IMG/VR virus record: IMGVR_UViG_3300045988_119927
DNA from: a virus
Strand: one strand, 5' to 3'
Length of the DNA: 60,851 nt
A program made the position numbers and the translations under genes. Below the pieces are notes generated by a model. It saw only the letters and a program-made list of their open reading frames with translations. It was not told where the DNA came from and did no database searches. Of this stretch, positions 18,462-26,600 are shown piece by piece; position 1 is the first letter of the stretch; the number at the start of each line of letters is the position of its first letter.

Positions 18462-18494
18462 GAGCCGTTGAGAAATCTGCGGCTCTTTTCTTTT
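18462..18494 (+). terminator. Conserved-family terminator (T6), abutting the tRNA
   Basis: GAGCCGTTG-AGAAAT-CTGCGGCTC followed by TTTTCTTTT. Confidence 0.75.
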
Positions 18495-18573
18495 GGGATA
18501 GTAGCTTAGTCAGGTTCAAAGCAGCCAGCTCATAACTGGTTCATCGCGGGTTCGAATCCTGCCTGTCCCACCA
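18495..18573 (+). tRNA. tRNA with CAT anticodon (Met, or Ile2 if lysidinylated), encoded CCA
   Basis: Canonical cloverleaf: acceptor GGGATAG/CTGTCCC, anticodon arm GCCAG-CTCATAA-CTGGT, T arm GCGGG-TTCGAAT-CCTGC, and 3' ACCA. Confidence 0.85.
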
Positions 18574-18618
18574 GCGGCAAACACCTATATAAATACATGA
18601 AAGGAGGATGAAAAGATA

Positions 18619-18909
18619 ATGGTCACCGTAACCGACAAAGTCTGCATAGCATGCGGCAAGGAATTAAAAAATGTCCCGGTAGCGACTGTCTTTTGCCCGG
18701 AATGCAGGAAAAAGCGCAGAAGAGAGCTTATGGATGAGAAAATCGCGCATGAACGGGCCAAGCGTGCTTCTGAAAAAGCAGAGATGGATGCGTTCAAGCC
18801 GAAAGCAAAAAAGAAGTATGAAGGGCCTAGTCTTCAGGAAATCATGCATGAGGCAACGAAGGAGGGACTTCAGTATGTCGCTTATTGCAAAAAGCACGGG
18901 CTCCACTAA
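18619..18909 (+). CDS. Zinc-ribbon protein
   Basis: 96 aa. It has the CIACG...CPEC motif pair and a basic region. Confidence 0.45.
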   Translation: MVTVTDKVCIACGKELKNVPVATVFCPECRKKRRRELMDEKIAHERAKRASEKAEMDAFKPKAKKKYEGPSLQEIMHEATKEGLQYVAYCKKHGLH

Positions 18910-19072
18910 AAAGAAAGAACTCTGGAAAGTTTTCCGTAAAAATCGGAAGGAACTCTTTGCTTATACTGTCCGAGGTGAAGGAGAAGACGAAGAAGAAGCA
19001 ACGATTTCGCTTCTGGCGTATGAGAACCATTGCCGGAAAAAAGACATCCATGTGATGCTGGAAATGAGGTGA
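18875..19072 (+). CDS. Hypothetical small protein
   Basis: The ATG lies 7 nt after GGAGGGA. It overlaps the end of ORF 18619. Confidence 0.35.
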   Translation: MSLIAKSTGSTKKKELWKVFRKNRKELFAYTVRGEGEDEEEATISLLAYENHCRKKDIHVMLEMR

Positions 19073-19080
19073 TCAGGCTG

Positions 19081-20298
19081 ATGGCAGGAGTTACGCTCTA
19101 TGACTACCAGTTGGATGCAGTAGACCGAATGAAAATCGGATGCATCTTGTGTGGCGGCGTTGGGAGCGGAAAATCAAGGACGAGTTTGGCGTTTTACTAC
19201 AGACTCTATGGTGGACAAATAAACACAAAAGAATATGCAAGGATGACAGAACCACCGGATCTTTATATCATCACCACGGCTCGAAAACGAGATACTGGCG
19301 AATGGGACGAGGAATTGGCTCATTTCTACATGGGGACGGACCCGAAACTTGATATTTACGAGCATACGGTCGTCGTAGACTCGTGGAACAATATTGGGAA
19401 GTATGTTGGTGTGAAGAATGCGTTCTTCATATTTGACGAGCAGCGTGTTGTTGGACGTGGAAGCTGGGTCAAAGCGTTTCTAAAGATCACAAAGGAAAAC
19501 GAATGGATCTTGCTTAGCGCCACCCCCGGAGACTGCTGGACAGATTATATTCCGGTCTTCGTTGCCAACGGATTCTTTAGGAATCGGACGGAATTCAACA
19601 ACCAGCATGTAGTATATAGCCAATACTGCACGAAATATCCTAAAATTGAGCGGTATCTGAACACGCAGCGACTGGTACGGCTGCGGGAACGGATTCTGGT
19701 TGACATGGACTTTGAGCGGTCCACAGTATCCCATCATGAGAATATTTTCATAGACTACGATAAAGCGCAATATCTGCACATTTGTAGGACCCGCTGGAAT
19801 CCATGGGAGGACAAACCCATCGAAACGGCCAGCGAGTTTTGCTATATGTTGAGGAAGCTTGTCAATTCCGATGAAAGCCGGCAGCAGGAAGTCCTTGATA
19901 TTTGCATGAGCCGACCAAGGGTGATCGTGTTCTACAACTTCGACTATGAGCTTGATATTTTGCTCGGGTTGAAGTATGGAGAGGGCGTCGAAGTTGCGCA
20001 ATGGAATGGCCATAAGCACCAGCCTATCCCTGATGGCGATAGATGGGTTTATCTCGTGCAGTATAACGCCGGGGCAGAAGGCTGGAACTGTATCAAAACC
20101 GATACCATTATATTCTACTCGCAGAATTACTCCTACAAAATTATGGAGCAGGCTGCGGGGCGAATCGACCGGCTGAATACGCCCTACAAGAACCTGTACT
20201 ACTACCATTTGAAGAGCAGAGCAGGCATTGACTTGGCTATTAGTCGAGCTCTGAATTCGAAGAAAGCGTTTAACGAAAGGAAATTTTATGGAGAATGA
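19081..20298 (+). CDS. SF2 (SNF2/DEAD-like) helicase
   Basis: Motif I CGGVGSGKS, motif II FIFDEQ, motif III LLSATP and motif VI QAAGRIDR. Confidence 0.8.
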   Translation: MAGVTLYDYQLDAVDRMKIGCILCGGVGSGKSRTSLAFYYRLYGGQINTKEYARMTEPPDLYIITTARKRDTGEWDEELAHFYMGTDPKLDIYEHTVVVDSWNNIGKYVGVKNAFFIFDEQRVVGRGSWVKAFLKITKENEWILLSATPGDCWTDYIPVFVANGFFRNRTEFNNQHVVYSQYCTKYPKIERYLNTQRLVRLRERILVDMDFERSTVSHHENIFIDYDKAQYLHICRTRWNPWEDKPIETASEFCYMLRKLVNSDESRQQEVLDICMSRPRVIVFYNFDYELDILLGLKYGEGVEVAQWNGHKHQPIPDGDRWVYLVQYNAGAEGWNCIKTDTIIFYSQNYSYKIMEQAAGRIDRLNTPYKNLYYYHLKSRAGIDLAISRALNSKKAFNERKFYGE

Positions 20299-20542
20299 TA
20301 TTTGTGATTTTTTGAGGCTTGCTGCGACGATCTCTGAGAAACTTGCAGATGTCATAAACGCGATTTCGGAATGCAGCGAGAAAGTGACGGCTTGTTTTAT
20401 GGACTTGTTTGAAGAAATCAAGGGGCAGCCATTGAAGATGATTCTACAGAAGCTGCGTCCTGACTACAAGGACAAGTGTGAAATCCGGTGGCTGAATATT
20501 CCCAACAAGGTTATGCAGGGAAGAATCAGGAGGTTCTGCTAA
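20288..20542 (+). CDS. Hypothetical protein
   Basis: 84-aa ORF overlapping the helicase stop. Confidence 0.4.
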   Translation: MENDICDFLRLAATISEKLADVINAISECSEKVTACFMDLFEEIKGQPLKMILQKLRPDYKDKCEIRWLNIPNKVMQGRIRRFC

Positions 20543-21021
20543 TGGGAAACATATCGAAAAAGACTCGGAAAAAGATTAACAAGATTCTTTTAAGTAACCA
20601 CTTTAAGAAAAAGTTGGGAGTTACGCAGGATACATTAGTGTATACTCCGAATCCTGAAAGTCCATTATCTGCGATTTGGCATCACATCGAGATTCGGTAT
20701 GATGGTACAATCTTTGGATATTTGCTGGATGATAAGGTTAAATATGCGGTCATAGGATCGGTGAACCGCAGAAAGGCTCGACAAACAATAAGAAGTCCTG
20801 AACAGTTCTTCCATCCAAGATGTCATTTCGCAAGGCAGAGCAAGCAAATTGCTTTCAGACTCAAGAAAATGGGAGAAGATAAACTTGCACGTATTTTCGA
20901 TGATGATGCCGCATTGCTTCTAATCATCAACATGTGGAATTTAGAAATAGAAGATGACGATTTTTCGTTTGTAACACAAGACATGATTAGTCCAATACTG
21001 GAGGGCAAAACAAATGATTAA
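20542..21021 (+). CDS. Hypothetical protein (low-GC)
   Basis: The ATG lies 8 nt after CAGGAGG. 159 aa. Confidence 0.45.
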   Translation: MGNISKKTRKKINKILLSNHFKKKLGVTQDTLVYTPNPESPLSAIWHHIEIRYDGTIFGYLLDDKVKYAVIGSVNRRKARQTIRSPEQFFHPRCHFARQSKQIAFRLKKMGEDKLARIFDDDAALLLIINMWNLEIEDDDFSFVTQDMISPILEGKTND

Positions 21022-21712
21022 AGATTCTGGCGACCGCACCGAATTTGAAACCGGTGCCAAGCGTGATATGCACGCAGGGAAAGGGCGGATGGATCTTCTG
21101 CCTTGGTATGGCATCATGGAAGTCAGCAAGCACTGCGAGGAGGGCGCATTGAAGTACGGCGAGCACAACGTGGATAAGGGTATCCCGCTGCATTCGTTGC
21201 TGGACAGTGCTTCTCGGCATCTGGCAAAGTACATGGTCGGTATGGACGATGAGGACCACCTGCGCGCTGCCTGCTGGAATCTACTTTGGGCTTTGAACCA
21301 GCGCGTGACGCATCCTGAGTTGGATGATAGGTTCTCCGTTGAGCAGAAGAAGACCGAGAAAAAACGTCCTTGGATTTCGGTCGAGTGTACGAATTGCATG
21401 AAACGTCATCCGGTTGCTCCTGAGGTGTGGCTGTACGACATGGATGAAGTTCCTGCGAGCAGTAGAATTTTGAAATGCCCGTTTTGTAATGGGCACTGGG
21501 TGCAGAAATACATCGGCGACCTTGATGGATATGCAAACCCTGACGATAAGCTAGTTGCCGTCAAATGCGGTGGCTGTAATGCTCATTTTGGGATTCCTAC
21601 ATCAAATTGGAACAGTATGAAGGAAAGTACAATCCACAACGGCGAGGTTCTGGCGCGTTGCCCTCGCTGCGGAATGGACACTTTTATTTCGGAGGTGAAA
21701 CCTGATGAATAA
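21014..21712 (+). CDS. All-alpha NTP pyrophosphohydrolase-like (dATP/dGTP diphosphohydrolase N-domain-like) with C-terminal zinc ribbons
   Basis: The N-terminus is DSGDRTEFETGAKRDMHAGKGRMDLLP...GALKYGEHNVDKGIP...DEDHLRAACWNLL. The C-terminus has four CxxC pairs. Confidence 0.5.
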   Translation: MIKDSGDRTEFETGAKRDMHAGKGRMDLLPWYGIMEVSKHCEEGALKYGEHNVDKGIPLHSLLDSASRHLAKYMVGMDDEDHLRAACWNLLWALNQRVTHPELDDRFSVEQKKTEKKRPWISVECTNCMKRHPVAPEVWLYDMDEVPASSRILKCPFCNGHWVQKYIGDLDGYANPDDKLVAVKCGGCNAHFGIPTSNWNSMKESTIHNGEVLARCPRCGMDTFISEVKPDE

Positions 21713-21872
21713 CTGGATGCGCGAAGTGGACTATGCGACCTACTGCCCGAAGTGCAAAAACTTCAATGTGCTGGAGACGGACGAGCCCTGCAATGAGTGC
21801 ATGACGGAGTGTGCGCGGGAGGGGACGGTTAAGCCGGTGAAATTCGAGGAAGCAAAGGTGAAAGTCAAATGA
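21705..21872 (+). CDS. Small zinc-ribbon protein
   Basis: 55-aa ORF, below the ORF-track cutoff: MNNWMREVDYATYCPKCKNF...CNEC. Confidence 0.35.
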   Translation: MNNWMREVDYATYCPKCKNFNVLETDEPCNECMTECAREGTVKPVKFEEAKVKVK

Positions 21873-22407
21873 TTCTCGGGATTGCACAGGCAGACCGAAC
21901 GATCCAAGGAGACGAACGGTATACGCCCGACTATGCGGTATACCCATTGCTCGAATTTTTAGGAGACAAAAAAAGCAGCTTGTCTGGTGTCCATTTGATA
22001 AAGCGGATTCTGCGTATGTAAAGGTGCTCTCTGAAGCTGGATACAGAGTGATTCCATCCCATATCGATGACGGTATGGATTATTTTACATATGAACCTGA
22101 AAATTGGACTGTGATGGTATCGAACCCTCCATTCAGTAAGAAGGATGAGGTACTTGAACGGGCCTATTCGCTAGGAAAACCTTTTGCGCTGCTACTTCCT
22201 ATCAATGCAATTCAAGGGAAAAGGCGATTTGATATTTACCAAAACCGATTGCAGCTATTATGTTTCGACCAGCCGATAGGGTATATATCGCCATCTATGA
22301 TATGTCCGAGCGAGGCAACACCGTTTGCTAGTGCCTATTTTTGCAATGACTTCTTACCAAGTAAACTTGAACTTAGACGATTGTATAAGGAGAAGACGCG
22401 AAAATAA
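21869..22407 (+). CDS. N6-adenine DNA methyltransferase interrupted by a -1 frameshift at an A7 run
   Basis: The N-terminal part (GDERYTPDYAVYPLLEFL) is in frame 2 up to the A7 run at 21968-21974. It continues in frame 1 as KKQLVWCPFDKADSAYVKVL...VSNPPFS (motif IV NPPF). Confidence 0.6.
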
Positions 22408-22424
22408 CAAGTTCCTTTATGGAG
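22397..22424 (+). promoter_or_regulatory. Class-C promoter-like element
   Basis: Sequence CGCGAAAATAACAAGTTCCTTTATGGAG, overlapping the methyltransferase stop. Confidence 0.45.
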
Positions 22425-22458
22425 AAATCCAAATACTGACTATAAAGGAGAAATATTT

Positions 22459-22821
22459 ATGGCAAAGGTTTACACTATGGAAGAACTCGAAAGAGCACGA
22501 AAGAAAGCTCAAATTCGGGAGTGGTTCCAGGACAAAAAGGTAAAAGCACAGACTTGGTGTTATGAGCACAAAGAGCAGATTATTACTTATGGTCCGGTTG
22601 TTGTAGGCGGAATTGCAGCAGGAGTAAAAATGCTGTCGAAGCACGCGGCACTGGCCAAGGAGCAGGATCTGAAGGATTTGTACTGCTATGACAGAAGTTT
22701 GGGACATTACTGGAAATTGCGTCGGGAACTGACGAACGAAGAATGGCTGGAAATCGATAAGAGAAAGAAAAATGGTGAAAGACTGAGTGATATTCTCGAT
22801 GATATGAGGGTATTGGACTGA
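22459..22821 (+). CDS. Hypothetical protein with one TM
   Basis: 120 aa. RBS AAAGGAG is present and T7 follows. Confidence 0.5.
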   Translation: MAKVYTMEELERARKKAQIREWFQDKKVKAQTWCYEHKEQIITYGPVVVGGIAAGVKMLSKHAALAKEQDLKDLYCYDRSLGHYWKLRRELTNEEWLEIDKRKKNGERLSDILDDMRVLD

Positions 22822-22831
22822 CTTCATTATG

Positions 22832-22865
22832 GAGCCGTAGAGAAATCTGCGGCTCTTTATTTTTT
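22832..22865 (+). terminator. Conserved-family terminator (T7)
   Basis: GAGCCGTAG-AGAAAT-CTGCGGCTC followed by TTTATTTTTT. Confidence 0.8.
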
Positions 22866-22884
22866 CACGAAAGGAATAAGAAAT

Positions 22885-23124
22885 ATGATTCAGAAAATTA
22901 TCGCTTTTGTCATCAACTTCCTGACGCTCAGCTCGCCCTGCGGTTGGATGATGGACATTCTCAATGATACCCGCAAGTATAAATTCTATAACCCTCTGCG
23001 GGAGCTGGAAATCGCTGAGAATCACTTCAACTTCTGTGAGCAGGAGTATATGTCGGCGGCTATTTTCGAACTGTGCGTGGCTGAAAGTAGGGTTAAAACA
23101 TTGATGGGAGGCGCACTTCTGTGA
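22885..23124 (+). CDS. Hypothetical protein
   Basis: 79-aa ORF after RBS AAAGGAA. Confidence 0.4.
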   Translation: MIQKIIAFVINFLTLSSPCGWMMDILNDTRKYKFYNPLRELEIAENHFNFCEQEYMSAAIFELCVAESRVKTLMGGALL

Positions 23125-23363
23125 CGTATTATCATCAGATTTATCGTTGCCGCAAATGTGGGAATGAGTTCTGCCCGGTGACGGTACATGCCGAGACTGT
23201 CATGTATATTGAGCTGAACAATTTTCTGAACAGGGTCAATGGCGAACTCGAGTGGGATCACAAAGAGATGCCTTTAGCACCGAGGCTGTATAGGGCGCAT
23301 ACATGCCCGAACGGTGATATTGGCGTTGGGGATTTCATCGGGTACCAGAAGGAGGAGCAATGA
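23121..23363 (+). CDS. Zinc-ribbon protein
   Basis: GTG start. It has CRKCGNEFCP and HTCPNGD. Confidence 0.4.
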   Translation: MTYYHQIYRCRKCGNEFCPVTVHAETVMYIELNNFLNRVNGELEWDHKEMPLAPRLYRAHTCPNGDIGVGDFIGYQKEEQ

Positions 23364-23494
23364 GTATGTATGAAAAGATCGGCAAGTTTATTGGCGGCGT
23401 TCTGGCGGTTACTATCACGGCCTGCGCGTGGCTGATAATCATTGCGTTTACCCTGAAATGCCTGTGGTTTATTATCTTCAGGTTCTTGGGGTGA
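23360..23494 (+). CDS. Small membrane protein
   Basis: 44-aa ORF after GGAGGAGCA. It has two hydrophobic segments. Confidence 0.35.
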   Translation: MSMYEKIGKFIGGVLAVTITACAWLIIIAFTLKCLWFIIFRFLG

Positions 23495-23499
23495 GGTGA

Positions 23500-23964
23500 A
23501 TGATGGATAGTGATATTCGTTGGATAGCCGACCTGGTAGATGCAGGAAAAATCACAGTTGACCAGGCAAGAGAGATAATAAACGCCGAAACGATTGATAT
23601 TTTATATGCAAATAATGAGCCGTGCATCATTCTGATTCGCAATGCCGGCGAACCAACGAAGGAGATCGGGCTATATTCTGAGGATTCCGAAACTCATAAG
23701 CTGGAAATGGTAAAAGTCAACGCTACGCTGCAAGATGTAGTTGAACAATGCATTCGCAATGAAATCAGCTACCAAGATGCTCAGCTATGGTGTTTGGCGA
23801 ATAATATTTCATTTCGCAAATTTGACCGATGGCTGTACTATACACTGCGGGGTAAAAAAAGAGATATTCCGTCAGAGCCTGTGTATTGGCTGCACCGACT
23901 CGCTTTATTTTTTAAGCGGTGTTTTGATTGGTTGCTCAATTTGATTCTGGAGGTTTTTACATGA
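23500..23964 (+). CDS. Hypothetical protein
   Basis: 154-aa ORF. Confidence 0.5.
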   Translation: MMDSDIRWIADLVDAGKITVDQAREIINAETIDILYANNEPCIILIRNAGEPTKEIGLYSEDSETHKLEMVKVNATLQDVVEQCIRNEISYQDAQLWCLANNISFRKFDRWLYYTLRGKKRDIPSEPVYWLHRLALFFKRCFDWLLNLILEVFT

Positions 23965-24185
23965 ATGAGTCATTTGGAACTTGTACTCAGTTAGCTAGAA
24001 GGTGCGCTGTTTGTCCTAAAGTCTCTACCTGTGATCATAAAAGAATGGAGCATCTTGGATATATTATTCCAATCCCAGATCTTAATGTCAGTATTGTTGT
24101 CACAAGAGCCAATGGAAAGAGCCTCGGTCAGCTCGAAATGGTTGATTCACTGATGAAAAGGAGATTTAATTATGAAAATCATTGA
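23961..24185 (+). CDS. Hypothetical Cys-containing protein
   Basis: The ATG follows GGAGGTTTTTAC. 74 aa. Confidence 0.4.
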   Translation: MNESFGTCTQLARRCAVCPKVSTCDHKRMEHLGYIIPIPDLNVSIVVTRANGKSLGQLEMVDSLMKRRFNYENH

Positions 24186-24915
24186 ACCAAAATACGAAAT
24201 CCTCACTGATATTTCTGATGGCGGCATCAAAGAGCTTCAGCAGATCGAGCGTGTGGCGCGGGTCTGCTACAAGAGCGAGGATAAGATCACGCCGGAGGGT
24301 GAGTCGGCAAAGAAACTGGTGGGCTTTCTGGTGAAGCAGGGGCATGAGGCTATGCTGGAGCATTCGCAGCTGTCCGTGCTGTTTACCTGTGACCGGGCCA
24401 TTGCCAATGAGCTGGTGCGGCACCGCATCGCGAGCTTTGCACAGGAGAGCACCCGGTACTGCAATTATGCAGGAGAGAAGTTTGGCGGGGAACTGAGCTT
24501 TATTCGGCCGTTTTATATTCCTAACGAGCCTAATGAAAATGCAATCAACGCAGCTTCTTCGACAGAAGAATTTATAAAGCTCGAAACGGACTATCAAATC
24601 CACCATGCGTGGTACTGGGCTTGTGATGATGCTGAAAAAAGCTACAAAACTCTCATCGCCAATGGTCTCCGTCCCGAACAGGCCCGTTGTGTGTTGCCGT
24701 TGTGCCTGAAGACCGAGATCGTGGTGACTGCCAACTACCGTGAGTGGCGCAATATCTTCAAGCTGCGTACTCCTGTGGCGGCTCATCCTCAGATGCGTGA
24801 GCTGATGTGCCCGCTGCTGAAAGAGCTTCAGAGCAAGATCCCGGTGGTGTTCGATGATATTTACACGTTCTGGCCGGCGGATGACCAGACGCGGAAGGGG
24901 AGTATGGTGAAGTAA
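24172..24915 (+). CDS. thyX: Flavin-dependent thymidylate synthase
   Basis: The ThyX signature RHRIASFAQESTRY (RHRxxSxxxxSxR) is present in a 247-aa ORF. Confidence 0.9.
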   Translation: MKIIEPKYEILTDISDGGIKELQQIERVARVCYKSEDKITPEGESAKKLVGFLVKQGHEAMLEHSQLSVLFTCDRAIANELVRHRIASFAQESTRYCNYAGEKFGGELSFIRPFYIPNEPNENAINAASSTEEFIKLETDYQIHHAWYWACDDAEKSYKTLIANGLRPEQARCVLPLCLKTEIVVTANYREWRNIFKLRTPVAAHPQMRELMCPLLKELQSKIPVVFDDIYTFWPADDQTRKGSMVK

Positions 24916-24917
24916 CT

Positions 24918-25172
24918 ATGAAAAAGCATATTATTTGTTTTGTTGCATGTCTGATGATGCTTGTTGGCTGTGTGGTTCTGTGTAGCTGCGGCAACTATAA
25001 GGTGCTAAATAAGACGTTCACTTATACATGGGCGCAGATCAAGCTACCCGACGGAGCAATCATTGAGGGTAAGGTAGATAGCTGGACTGATTATGGAGAT
25101 GAACTGTTGCAAATCACGATTGATGGTACCACATATCTGGTTCATGCAGCGGATGCCGTTATGAAAACCTGA
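24918..25172 (+). CDS. Putative lipoprotein
   Basis: Signal-like N-terminus MKKHIICFVACLMMLVGCVVLCSCG. Confidence 0.5.
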   Translation: MKKHIICFVACLMMLVGCVVLCSCGNYKVLNKTFTYTWAQIKLPDGAIIEGKVDSWTDYGDELLQITIDGTTYLVHAADAVMKT

Positions 25173-25198
25173 GAGGGAAAGGATATGGTGAAGTAAGC

Positions 25199-25531
25199 AT
25201 GAAGAAAATTGACGAACGATATATTGAGGTATTAGATCAATTCGGATTCGGCTTATACACAACTACAGCTGGATGTAATCTCTATCATGATAGTTCATGG
25301 GGATCATATATTGTAAACTTTAATGGAGACGACTTTGTCGAGATGTTCATTGGTTATGCTGAAACCTTCGATCCGAATGAGTATGTAAGTTTACATATCA
25401 AGAGTCACAGGGTGATTAAAGATATTGGCGAGATGCTTAAAAGTGCAAAAGAAATTCAGATTTTGCTGTTAAAAGTAGCCATAGAATTTGTGAAAATCAG
25501 CAAAGAAAGTATGGTGAAAGCTGATGTATAA
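25199..25531 (+). CDS. Hypothetical protein (low-GC)
   Basis: 110-aa ORF. Confidence 0.5.
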   Translation: MKKIDERYIEVLDQFGFGLYTTTAGCNLYHDSSWGSYIVNFNGDDFVEMFIGYAETFDPNEYVSLHIKSHRVIKDIGEMLKSAKEIQILLLKVAIEFVKISKESMVKADV

Positions 25532-25670
25532 GGTCTTATTCACTATTGGGTTCGCTTGTCAAATCTTCTATTTCGGGAGTCGTTACGGGGTAAAACTTGA
25601 GAAAGATATTACTGAAGTCATATACTGCGTAGGTGTTGTATTGGCGCTAGCATCTTTTGCTCTGTTTTGA
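25524..25670 (+). CDS. Small membrane protein
   Basis: 48-aa ORF with two hydrophobic helices, below the ORF-track cutoff. Confidence 0.3.
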   Translation: MYKVLFTIGFACQIFYFGSRYGVKLEKDITEVIYCVGVVLALASFALF

Positions 25671-25685
25671 AAGAAGGTGATTACG

Positions 25686-26024
25686 ATGCAGAAAAGAACG
25701 TATGATTTTCTTGTAAAGATGCGGATTCCGATGGTGGGCGATGCAGTTGAAATGATGGGCGATGCAGTTGAAATGACTATTGATTTGCTCAATTCGCATC
25801 GGTCTGTTCCGATGATTGATATTTGCGCTGCGATTGCAGAGAAGTATCACACGAATGTGAAAAGCGTCACGGCTCGCCTTGTGAGAGTTGTGGATGCGAT
25901 GGAGTATCGGAGTGGGGTGTATCCTAATCCTGAAATGGAAGAGCTCCGTATTGCATTCAGACTGGATAAATGGACGCTTAAACGATTCCTGTATGCTGCG
26001 GCGAGGAGGCTTATGGGCCAATGA
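25686..26024 (+). CDS. Spo0A C-terminal (DNA-binding) domain-like protein
   Basis: [27 protein letters not shown] parallels Spo0A [28 protein letters not shown]. There is no receiver domain. Confidence 0.5.
   Translation: [112 protein letters not shown]
25731..25772 (+). repeat. 21-bp tandem duplication inside the Spo0A_C-like gene
   Basis: ATGGTGGGCGATGCAGTTGAA / ATGATGGGCGATGCAGTTGAA, encoding [14 protein letters not shown]. Confidence 0.9.
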
Positions 26025-26087
26025 AGAGCCGTTATATTTGCTTTGCGATGCATTTGGCTGTGTAGCTGTATCCTGAACTAACAAGCA

Positions 26088-26120
26088 AGAGGCGCGGATT
26101 TTTCTGCGCCTCTTATTTTT
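26088..26120 (+). terminator. Rho-independent terminator
   Basis: AGAGGCGC ... GCGCCTCT followed by TATTTTT. Confidence 0.7.
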
Positions 26121-26143
26121 ATCCGAGGAGGTGGTACTTTTGC

Positions 26144-26172
26144 TTGACGATTCGACTCCTACATGATATTCT
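26144..26172 (+). promoter_or_regulatory. Canonical sigma-A type promoter with extended -10
   Basis: TTGACG, a 17-nt spacer ending in TGA, then TATTCT. Confidence 0.6.
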
Positions 26173-26197
26173 TGTACTAGTATAAGGAGGTGCTCTT

Positions 26198-26527
26198 ATG
26201 GCACGAACGGTAAAATGTCCTAGTTGTGGCGCTGAGCTTACGGTGAAAGAAGGCAATCGAGACTTCATGTTCTGCGAATATTGTGGGACGAAAGTACGGC
26301 TTGATGACTATCAGGAGACGCACAGGTTTGTAGATGAAGCAAAAGTCAAGCGGGTTGAAGCTTTCAAAGACTTAGCGATGAAGAAGATGGAAATGGATGA
26401 ACAAAAGCGTAAAGACGAAAAAGATAATGAAGCAGAACGCAGAAAAATGGAGCCTGTGTATTTGAGCTTACTCATAGCGCTTCCTATAATCTTTTTTATT
26501 CTCGCTAAATTATTTGGCGCTGAATAA
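26198..26527 (+). CDS. Zinc-ribbon protein with C-terminal TM
   Basis: CPSCG...CEYCG, a charged helix, then LSLLIALPIIFFILAKLF. Confidence 0.5.
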   Translation: MARTVKCPSCGAELTVKEGNRDFMFCEYCGTKVRLDDYQETHRFVDEAKVKRVEAFKDLAMKKMEMDEQKRKDEKDNEAERRKMEPVYLSLLIALPIIFFILAKLFGAE

Positions 26528-26534
26528 CATAGAA

Positions 26535-26570
26535 AGGTCTCGATATAAAATTCGGGGCCTTTTCTTTTTT
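26535..26570 (+). terminator. Rho-independent terminator
   Basis: AGGTCTCG ... CGGGGCCT followed by TTTCTTTTTT. Confidence 0.65.
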
Positions 26571-26573
26571 ATC

Positions 26574-26600
26574 TGGCAGTAGACTCTGCCAATTTTTATT
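26574..26600 (+). terminator. Second hairpin / terminator
   Basis: TGGCAG-tagact-CTGCCA followed by ATTTTTATT. Confidence 0.5.
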
